From Methanosphaera stadtmanae DSM 3091 (GTDB lineage: Archaea > Methanobacteriota > Methanobacteria > Methanobacteriales > Methanobacteriaceae): a stretch of 32,000 nucleotides of DNA. Below, piece by piece: positions 18,216 through 26,306 of this stretch; the first letter of the stretch is position 1; each line of letters opens with the position of its first letter. The DNA lies in the NCBI RefSeq assembly GCF_000012545.1, contig NC_007681.1, positions 240,001 to 272,000 of the forward strand, written 5' to 3'. The position numbers and the translations under genes are program-made. The notes below the pieces were generated by a model. That model saw only the letters and a list, made by a program, of their open reading frames with translations, did not search any database and was not told the DNA's origin.

Positions 18216-19550
18216 ATGGAGGGAAATTACATGAATATTACAATAATTGGGACAGGATATGTGGGATTAGTAACAGGTACTTGTTTTTCAGAGATGGGAA
18301 ATGAAGTATACTGTGTGGATGTTATTGAAGAAAAAATAGAATCCCTAAAACAAGGAATAATACCAATATATGAACCAGGACTTGAAGAATTAATAAAACA
18401 TAACTACAACAATGGAAACCTACATTTTACAACAGATCTATTTGAAGGTCTATCCGATTCACAACTCTGTTTTATAGCAGTAGGAACACCTATGGGTGAA
18501 GATGGAAGTGCAGATTTAAGATATGTAAGACAGGTTGCAAAACAAATAGGACAAACAATAACTCAGGACATAATTGTAGTTGATAAATCAACAGTTCCAG
18601 TGGGAACAGCAGATGAAGTTGAAACAATAATAAATAAAGAACTTGATAAAAGAAATAAAAACTACAAGGTAACAGTTGTTTCAAATCCAGAATTTCTAAA
18701 GGAAGGAACAGCAGTAAATGATTTTATGCACCCCGAAAGGGTTATTGTTGGAACAGATGATGATTCTGCAGCAGAAATTATGAAAGAATTATATGATCCA
18801 TTTACTAAAAATCATGAAAGAATGATAATAATGGATGTACGTAGTGCAGAAATGACAAAATATGCATCAAATTCAATGCTTGCAAATAGAATATCCTTTA
18901 TGAATGAAATGGCAAATATATGTGATAAAATCGGTGCAAATATTGATAATGTACGTAGAGGTATGGGTAGTGATTCAAGAATAGGTCATAGTTTCCTATA
19001 TCCTGGATGTGGATATGGTGGAAGTTGTTTTCCTAAGGATGTTACAGCTCTAATAAAAACAGCACAAGACAATGGATTAAATCCTGTACTACTAAAAAGT
19101 GTAGAAGAAGTAAATCATAATCAGAAATATTATTTAATAAATAAGATAATTAACATATTTGGAGAAGATTTATCAGGATTAACATTTGCACTATGGGGAT
19201 TGGCATTTAAGCCTGAAACAGATGATATGAGAGAAGCATCATCAATTATAATAGTAGAAAATCTTCTAAAAATGGGAGCAAAAGTTAATGTCTATGATCC
19301 AAAGGCAATGGATGTTGCTAAAGAATTTTACTTTAAAGATTTGGATGTAAATTATTTTAGTGACAAGTATTCAGTTTTAGAAGATGCTGATGCTTTGATT
19401 TTAGTTACTGAGTGGAAAGAATTTAGAAATCCTAATTTTAATAAAATAAAATCTCTACTTAAAAATAACATAATATTTGATGGCAGAAATCAGTATAAAA
19501 ATAGTTATATGAAAAAATTAGACTTTGAATATCATGCTGTAGGAAAATAA
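18216..19550 (+). CDS. ugd: UDP-glucose 6-dehydrogenase
   Basis: Motifs MNITIIGTGYVGLVTG, catalytic GYGGSCFPKD and AFKPETDDMREA are present. GGAGGG at 18218-18223 makes ATG 18231 the likelier start. Confidence 0.9.
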   Translation: MEGNYMNITIIGTGYVGLVTGTCFSEMGNEVYCVDVIEEKIESLKQGIIPIYEPGLEELIKHNYNNGNLHFTTDLFEGLSDSQLCFIAVGTPMGEDGSADLRYVRQVAKQIGQTITQDIIVVDKSTVPVGTADEVETIINKELDKRNKNYKVTVVSNPEFLKEGTAVNDFMHPERVIVGTDDDSAAEIMKELYDPFTKNHERMIIMDVRSAEMTKYASNSMLANRISFMNEMANICDKIGANIDNVRRGMGSDSRIGHSFLYPGCGYGGSCFPKDVTALIKTAQDNGLNPVLLKSVEEVNHNQKYYLINKIINIFGEDLSGLTFALWGLAFKPETDDMREASSIIIVENLLKMGAKVNVYDPKAMDVAKEFYFKDLDVNYFSDKYSVLEDADALILVTEWKEFRNPNFNKIKSLLKNNIIFDGRNQYKNSYMKKLDFEYHAVGK

Positions 19551-19573
19551 AATTATTCTCCTACAAACATTAC

Positions 19574-19581
19574 TTTTTTTT
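19574..19581 (+). terminator. T8 run after ugd at the convergent junction
   Basis: The sequence is tttttttt, 24 nt after the ugd stop. It overlaps the stop codon of the minus-strand gene. Confidence 0.3.
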
Positions 19582-20731
19582 ATATTACATTGACATATAA
19601 ATGACGTTTAATATATGGTTGTCCACGTTGTGTGTATAAAACATACTGTATATCCTTACGTCCTGGTGTCATAGTTAAATTCACAGGTATCACTTTAGAT
19701 TCTTCATCTTTTAATGTGATTTTTTCCTCTGATAAGACCTTGGATGTTTCATTATGAACTTCAATTTTCATTGTATAGCTCATTTTTTTATTTTCATGAT
19801 TTGTAATATTAACTTGACTTGTTATATTTTCATTACTTGTCATATTGATATAACCATCACTACCTGCTGTTTGATTAATTCCTTCAACAACAAATGTAGT
19901 GTTTCCTTTTGTTAAATTTTCTGTTGTTATTGTAATACCTACAAGAATTAATGCTAACAATCCAATGATTGTTATAAATAGTAAGGCTCTATTTATTTTT
20001 GGATGAGTGTATCTTTGGTTATTGTTGACTTTTTTAACTCTGGAAAGATATGCTGGTATTATTATGATATATGTAAGAATTATAAGTACAATTGATGTAT
20101 GTGCCATGTTAATACTACTTTCTACTCCATAGAGAATTAGGCCTATTGTTGAAGTTATTATTAAACTTAAGAATACTGCAATTCCAACTCTTTCAAGTAG
20201 TGTTAATTCATCTTTTTTAGGAAGTAATGAATTTAATATGTAATATCCTGGAATAAATGCAACAAATGGTGCACATAGACCATACCAAACTGGAATAATA
20301 TTGAATGGTGGTATTAAAATTCCCACAAGTGTAACTAAACCTAATATTATAATAACATATAAAGATTTTTTTGTTGAATTTTCAATATCTATATTAATAT
20401 TAAAAATATCCTTATCATGTTTTGTTCTATAAACTGCAATTAGTATGAGTATAATTGAAATAATAGTCATGACAAGCAAGATACTGGTCATTGTTAACTG
20501 CATGAAGTATATTGTGATTATAGCACTTATTAATGAGAAAATAATAGCAAAACCTAATATTAATATAATTTTTCGAATTATTTGTTTAGTATTAGTTTTA
20601 GGATAAATAATAAATGTACTAACAAGACCTATAATTAGAAAATTAATAGAAAACAATCCAATCATAATATTTTGGTCTGAAGTTATACTAAAGAAACTTA
20701 TTATAAATGTTATCAATGTTATTATTCCCAA
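19580..20731 (-). CDS. DUF1616-like archaeal membrane protein (multi-TM N-terminal part plus extracytoplasmic beta-rich C-terminal domain)
   Basis: Seven or more TM helices are present. The C-terminal block TTFVVEGINQ...ITNHENKKMSYTMKIEVHNET...VIPVNLTMTPGRKDIQYVLYTQRGQPYIKRHLYVNV resembles the DUF1616 pattern as I recall it. The track start is TTG 20731. A possible SD-led ATA start at 20764 is discussed in the findings. Confidence 0.6.
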   Translation of the reverse strand: MGIITLITFIISFFSITSDQNIMIGLFSINFLIIGLVSTFIIYPKTNTKQIIRKIILILGFAIIFSLISAIITIYFMQLTMTSILLVMTIISIILILIAVYRTKHDKDIFNINIDIENSTKKSLYVIIILGLVTLVGILIPPFNIIPVWYGLCAPFVAFIPGYYILNSLLPKKDELTLLERVGIAVFLSLIITSTIGLILYGVESSINMAHTSIVLIILTYIIIIPAYLSRVKKVNNNQRYTHPKINRALLFITIIGLLALILVGITITTENLTKGNTTFVVEGINQTAGSDGYINMTSNENITSQVNITNHENKKMSYTMKIEVHNETSKVLSEEKITLKDEESKVIPVNLTMTPGRKDIQYVLYTQRGQPYIKRHLYVNVI

Positions 20732-21015
20732 AATACCTAATTTTTGTAATGATTTTTGTACTATATGTGTCCCTCCCCTTTTTTCTTTGAATATATCTAG
20801 TATATTATTAATTATTTCTCTATTAATTTTTAAAGTTTATTATTAAATAATCAATATTCGATTAATATTAAAAATAGATAATTATATAAAAGACATATTT
20901 TAGAAAAGCAGTACTAAGAAATATAAAACTTTTTAAGATAGTTATTAGTATTAAATTATAAGAAATAATCTAAATATAAGTAGTAAATACTTTCTAAAAT
21001 TTCTTTATTATATGT

Positions 21016-23682
21016 TCATTCTTTCAATGAATCATATAATAGTTCTTTAATCTCTGGATATTTATTAAGTATATTATGTAATTGTTTATCATTATGTTTT
21101 TTATTATAATACCATAATGTATTAACATTATTCAAAACATCTCTTTCAGGAGTGGTGTATGTTATTCTAGCTATGTTATTTGGAGGTACTTCTATTTTTG
21201 TTTTATTCAAAATAGCCATTGCCCAAAACCATATGTCATCAGAATAGGGTGTTAAATCAGTATATTCTTCTTCATTAAAAACTTCACTATTTAAACTATG
21301 TGGAGGAAAGAGTGTTCCACCTCCCGTTGTAAAGAAGTTAAGATAGCTTGCATTGTTATTCTCTTTTATTATTTGCCAATTATTGTAACTACTTATTTCT
21401 TTTTTGTCATTTAGTGTTATTTTTTTAGATCTATGTGCTATAATATTTTCTGGATGTTGTTTATGAGTTTCATATAATATTTTTAACCAATTCTCTGGAT
21501 AATATATATCATCATCTGCTGTAATTATTATATCATTGGAATATTCTTGTAGTGCTGGGATTAATTTCTTATATGATTTAATATTTTTACACCATTTTAT
21601 AGTTAATCCATTTTTTTTAAGTTTTAATATGTTAGAGAGTATATTTTCTTCTTTATTTGGAAATTCGTCATCAGATAACCAAAGAATTATTTCATCGGCT
21701 TTCAAAGTTTGTGTTAATAAGGAATATATTGTATATTGTATATTATTTATACGTTCAGGATATGTTGTTAATGAAATTATTATTTTCTGTTTTCTTTTAG
21801 TTGTTGTTATTCCAATATCATTAAAAGTCCTTATCTTTTCTTCAATATTCTTTCTATTTATTGTTAATGGTTGCCAACTACTTTCATTTGTTTTAACTAA
21901 TCCTTCATCAAATCCATTCAATACAAGATATACTAATGGATTTAATTCTGACTTTCCAGCATTTTTATTAAATTTCTTATAATAATTTCCATCAAAATTC
22001 TCATTGGGATTTTTTCCTTCTAAATATCCTATGTATATATAATGAAGTAATGGATTAATATGTAATTTATAGTTATATTTTTCTTTATAGTATTCTTCAT
22101 CAAATAAATTATATGAATTTATTTTATTAAAAGCCAATATATTTATATCACTTTTTGTCACATCATTTACTATTTCTCGAAATAGGATATTTTCATATTT
22201 TAATAGAATATTTTCATTATTAAAAGTTTCATCATATACATTATTATTAACTAAATCAAATACAGTTTGTGTTGTAAGTTTTGTATCTAATTTTTTAGTT
22301 GGTCTATACCATTTATTATTAATATCATTTAGTAATTCATCATATCTTATTTGATTATTTTCTATTTTTTTAAATATGTTGTAGAATATGTTATTTTCTT
22401 CTTCAATGTATTCTATGGTTTTGGTCTTTGTTCTATTATTTCTATTATTCCTAATTTTTCGAATAATACTTGTGATATATCTAAATGGTTTTGTAATTTT
22501 CCAACTAGTGGAGGAAGTTATTGATTCATTTAAATAATTTAATTTATTTATTTCATCATATGCTTTTTTATTATTATGTATAAGGGCTTCTATAGTTATT
22601 AAAGTACTAGTCATATCTTCTTTTTCATATTCATGTATTAATTTAAGCATATCATTTAATTTTGTCTTGTCTATTAATTCATGTTCTATTTTACCTAATC
22701 TAACAGTATTTGCAATATTAAATTCCACTGAATTTTTGGAATGTTTTATTGTATTATAAAAGAATCTATTTTTATCTGGCAATTGTTTTACATCATTGTT
22801 GGATATATTCATATTATTGAAATAATTCTTAGCAATTAAAAACAATTCATCTTTAGATTCATTATCTAAGGTTTTATAAATATTTTCTATCTCTGTTATA
22901 TTAAATTCTAAAAAATTTAATTTAAATTCATTCATTAACTTATTTTTTTTCAGAAAAGTTTTTACTTCATTAAATATGTCAAACAATACAAAACTTTTAC
23001 TTGTTTGAATGGAAGTATTCTGTCTTGAATTATCAGTTCTCACATAATGATAGAAAAATTGGGGATTATATGAAATGTTATTTGCCTTTATCATGGTTTT
23101 TATATGAAAGAGCACATCCTCAAATAATACATCTTCTTGGAATTTAATATTATTTTTTCTAAGAAAATCTAATTTATGTAGTTTTGTACATACAATAAAG
23201 TAACTATTCATAACTAATCTTTTATTGTATAAACAGTTAAATGTGAAATTATCATAATTTTTAATATCATTAGATACTGCATATATCCTTTTTCTTAGAT
23301 AATTATCAGGATAGTGTTCAATACTATTAAATAACACTAAATCAGAATTGTTAGATGTTGCTTGTTTATATAATTGTTCTAAGGACTCACTTTCAATCCA
23401 GTCATCAGCATCTAGAAATAAAACATATTCTCCAGTAGCATTTTCTAAACCTACATTTCTTGCTAATCCAGGACCTCTGTTTTCTTGTTTAATTATTTTA
23501 AATCTAGAATCATCACTAGTATAACTTTTAAGTGTGGATAATGAATCATCTGTTGAACCATCATCAACACATATTACTTCTATATCTTTAAGTGATTGGT
23601 TTTTTATAGAAGATATACAGTTATTTAGGTATTTTTCTTTATTATATATTGGAATTATAATTGATACTGTAGGTTTAATCAT
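21016..23682 (-). CDS. 888-aa dual glycosyltransferase: N-terminal GT2, central coiled-coil/linker region, C-terminal second glycosyltransferase-like domain
   Basis: The N-terminus carries VSIIIPIYNKEKYL...VICVDDGSTDDS...GPGLARNVG...VLFLDADDWI. The middle carries SSTSWKITKPFRY and two NPL.HY-type repeats. The C-terminus carries IIISLTTYPERINN...IILWLSDDEFP...SYKKLIPAL...IIITADDDIYYP. Confidence 0.8.
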   Translation of the reverse strand: MIKPTVSIIIPIYNKEKYLNNCISSIKNQSLKDIEVICVDDGSTDDSLSTLKSYTSDDSRFKIIKQENRGPGLARNVGLENATGEYVLFLDADDWIESESLEQLYKQATSNNSDLVLFNSIEHYPDNYLRKRIYAVSNDIKNYDNFTFNCLYNKRLVMNSYFIVCTKLHKLDFLRKNNIKFQEDVLFEDVLFHIKTMIKANNISYNPQFFYHYVRTDNSRQNTSIQTSKSFVLFDIFNEVKTFLKKNKLMNEFKLNFLEFNITEIENIYKTLDNESKDELFLIAKNYFNNMNISNNDVKQLPDKNRFFYNTIKHSKNSVEFNIANTVRLGKIEHELIDKTKLNDMLKLIHEYEKEDMTSTLITIEALIHNNKKAYDEINKLNYLNESITSSTSWKITKPFRYITSIIRKIRNNRNNRTKTKTIEYIEEENNIFYNIFKKIENNQIRYDELLNDINNKWYRPTKKLDTKLTTQTVFDLVNNNVYDETFNNENILLKYENILFREIVNDVTKSDINILAFNKINSYNLFDEEYYKEKYNYKLHINPLLHYIYIGYLEGKNPNENFDGNYYKKFNKNAGKSELNPLVYLVLNGFDEGLVKTNESSWQPLTINRKNIEEKIRTFNDIGITTTKRKQKIIISLTTYPERINNIQYTIYSLLTQTLKADEIILWLSDDEFPNKEENILSNILKLKKNGLTIKWCKNIKSYKKLIPALQEYSNDIIITADDDIYYPENWLKILYETHKQHPENIIAHRSKKITLNDKKEISSYNNWQIIKENNNASYLNFFTTGGGTLFPPHSLNSEVFNEEEYTDLTPYSDDIWFWAMAILNKTKIEVPPNNIARITYTTPERDVLNNVNTLWYYNKKHNDKQLHNILNKYPEIKELLYDSLKE

Positions 23683-24130
23683 ATATATACCTCATGACTA
23701 CTAGATGAAGTTATTCTATATTTTTTTTATTTAAGAATAATAATCTATTTTCTATTTATGATATTATAATTATTTAAGTATATTCTTAGATAATTTTAGA
23801 GAAAACCTAGTAATTATTGAAGTTCTAAATATTAAGCTGTATAACTATTGTTTCTAATACTCTGAAGTATTTTACCTAAAAAAATATGAAGTTCCATTAT
23901 TAATTTTAACAAGAATGTATTATTAAACAAATTCTATTTTGAAAATAGAGTTAAAATATCTAATCTAGAAAAAAGTGTGAATATTACTCTAATTTTAGTT
24001 AATTTCAGTTTTATAATTTAAATTCTTTAATCTAGTGAATTTTTTAATAGATTTTTGTTTTTCTCTAATAAATTATAAGTATTATAAAATGCACATTAAA
24101 CTATAATAACTATTAAATGGAGGTAAAGTA

Positions 24131-24592
24131 ATGAAAAATAATCAGGTAATTATTCTTTTAATATTGGGTATAGTTGCACTATTGGGAATTTCTATTTATG
24201 CGGGAATATTTAGTTTCAGTGATAATTCAACTAACAATTCAACTACTTTTAATATAACACCACCTTCTGGATATAGTATATCCAATCAAACAAATAATAC
24301 TATAACTATAGATAATGGAACTAAACAATTGAAGGTACGTAAATTCAGTGGTAATAATTCTATTTATCAAAGAATAGAAAGTTATAAATCTAAACATAAT
24401 ATTACTAATTTATCAGTAACTGAGTATTATTCTTCAAATTCTCAGAAAATAACAAAAACTGTTTCAGATGTAAATAATATAACTGATGTATGGTATTATG
24501 TGGATAAAAATAACACTGTCTATGGTATTTCAACATCAGGTAATGTGCCTGGAACAGATGATGTTGTTAAACAGATAGTTGATAAATTATAA
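24131..24592 (+). CDS. Small N-terminally anchored, Asn/Thr-rich extracellular protein (12 N-x-S/T sequons)
   Basis: SD GGAGGT lies 7 nt upstream. The signal-anchor is IILLILGIVALLGISIYAGIF, followed by a 120-aa polar domain. The gene is isolated between long AT-rich spacers. Confidence 0.6.
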   Translation: MKNNQVIILLILGIVALLGISIYAGIFSFSDNSTNNSTTFNITPPSGYSISNQTNNTITIDNGTKQLKVRKFSGNNSIYQRIESYKSKHNITNLSVTEYYSSNSQKITKTVSDVNNITDVWYYVDKNNTVYGISTSGNVPGTDDVVKQIVDKL

Positions 24593-24596
24593 GTTA

Positions 24597-24615
24597 TTTT
24601 TTTGATATATTTTTT
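24597..24615 (+). terminator. Two T-runs after the small ORF
   Basis: The sequence is tttttttgatatatttttt, beginning 5 nt after the stop. Confidence 0.35.
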
Positions 24616-24991
24616 CAAAAACATGATTATAATATAAAATAATACTTTTTTATTTTTTTTAATTTTCCAATATATATTATCAAATATTAGTTAAGTCAAA
24701 CTAAATTAGTAAAGTAACTGATTGTATGTATTTTTTCATAGAATCTGTTTATGGGATATGCTTTGAGAATTAACATAATTAAGGGTCTTATTTCTATAAA
24801 ATCTAGAAAAAAAGATAATATTTTAAAGAAATTATTATCTTATCTTAATATTTAAATATAATTAAATATAGACTAATTATTAGTTAAGAAAATAAGTTAA
24901 TTAGATTATAAATTAGTTTGTTTAAGTTAATAATTGTATTTATAATGATTATTTTTTTTATTTTAATATTATCAATTAATAATCATCTTGT

Positions 24992-26293
24992 TTGAATATG
25001 GATTTTAAAAATACCATTATCAATAATAATAAAAGTGATATAATGAAAATATGTGTTATAGGTCAAGGATATATAGGTATACCTACAGCAGCATTATTTG
25101 CATCCAATGGATGTGATGTGGTAGGTGTAGATATTAATGAAGAAATAATAAGTAATTTAAATAATGGAGTTATGACAATAGAAGAACCAAAAATTAATGA
25201 AATTATGAATGCTTGTTTGGATAATGGAACATATCATGCAAGTTTAACTCCTGAAGAAGCTGATGTTTATATAATTACAGTTCCAACACCATTTAAAAAA
25301 GAAGATTTATCCTGTGATTTAGGTTTTGTAATATCAGCATGTAAATCAATATTACCACTTATAAAAAAAGGAGATACTATCATAGTAGAATCAACAATAG
25401 CACCACTATCAACTGAAACAACAATAAAAGGTATCTTTGAAGATAGGGGATTTAATGTTGGTGAAGACATATACTTAGCACATTGTCCAGAAAGAGTTCT
25501 ACCAGGTAACATGGTTGATGAATTAATACATAACAATAGAATAGTTGGTGGAATCAACAAAAGAAGTGCTAAAAAAGCTGCTGAAGTTTATAAAATATTT
25601 GTTAAAGGTGAAGTTATAGAAACTGAAGCAAAAGTTGCTGAATTATCTAAGTGTATGGAAAATACATATAGGGATGTGAATATTGCACTAGCAAATGAAT
25701 TAGCAAAGATTGGATCAAAACTAGGAATTAACATATTAGATGTTATTAAAATAGCAAATAAACATCCTCGTGTAAATATACTTTCACCAGGGCCAGGAGT
25801 AGGTGGACATTGTCTTGCAATAGATCCATACTTCATATATTCACTTATACCAGAGACTGCAAAAATCATAAAACTGGCTAGAGATACTAATAGAAGTATG
25901 CCAGATTTTGTTGTTGAAAATGTTAGAAAAATTCTAAAAAATGAAGATAATCCAATAATATCAGTATTTGGTGTGGCATATAAAGGAAATTCTGATGATG
26001 ATAGGGAAAGTCCATCTTATGAAATAATCAACAATCTTAAAGAAGATTATACTTTGAAAATATATGATCCTCATATAGAAAAAATAGATCTAAGCTTTGA
26101 TGAAGCAATAAAAGATTCATCATTAATATTAGTACTTACAAATCATGATGAATTCATGCATATGGACTTTGATAAAATAAAACAAGAAATGAAAAAGCCA
26201 GTAATATTTGATACAAGAAATATTATAGATAAACATTCAATTCCAGATGATATTATATTATATAACTTTGGAAATTTATATGATGTAGAATAG
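24992..26293 (+). CDS. wecC: UDP-N-acetyl-D-mannosamine 6-dehydrogenase (WecC/Cap5O family)
   Basis: Motifs MKICVIGQGYIGIPTA, catalytic PGVGGHCLAIDP and AYKGNSDDDRESP are present. The track start is TTG 24992. ATG 25043 (MKICVIG) matches the usual N-terminus. Confidence 0.85.
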   Translation: MNMDFKNTIINNNKSDIMKICVIGQGYIGIPTAALFASNGCDVVGVDINEEIISNLNNGVMTIEEPKINEIMNACLDNGTYHASLTPEEADVYIITVPTPFKKEDLSCDLGFVISACKSILPLIKKGDTIIVESTIAPLSTETTIKGIFEDRGFNVGEDIYLAHCPERVLPGNMVDELIHNNRIVGGINKRSAKKAAEVYKIFVKGEVIETEAKVAELSKCMENTYRDVNIALANELAKIGSKLGINILDVIKIANKHPRVNILSPGPGVGGHCLAIDPYFIYSLIPETAKIIKLARDTNRSMPDFVVENVRKILKNEDNPIISVFGVAYKGNSDDDRESPSYEIINNLKEDYTLKIYDPHIEKIDLSFDEAIKDSSLILVLTNHDEFMHMDFDKIKQEMKKPVIFDTRNIIDKHSIPDDIILYNFGNLYDVE

Positions 26294-26306
26294 TGGTGAC
26301 TTTTCA

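Noticed and set aside
21536-21982. 148-aa ORF on the plus strand, antisense to the 888-aa glycosyltransferase
   Set aside because: It is nested antisense to a gene with clear GT motifs. Its Phe/Ile/Leu/Ser-rich composition is what the reverse complement of Asn/Lys/Glu-rich coding sequence would give.
24751-24855. 34-aa basic ORF (MGYALRINIIKGLISIKSRKKDNILKKLLSYLNI) in the spacer upstream of wecC
   Set aside because: It has no SD. Its composition is as expected from AT-rich non-coding DNA, it overlaps the 24812-24841 stem, and there is no way to support it from sequence alone.
24685-24917. Repeated words (TATTAGTTAAG x2, TAAATTAGT x2, AAGTTAAT x2), considered as a possible degenerate repeat array
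   Set aside because: The spacing is not collinear (17 versus 31 nt) and the units are short. They are built from low-complexity TTA/TAG words common throughout the spacers, which is consistent with chance.
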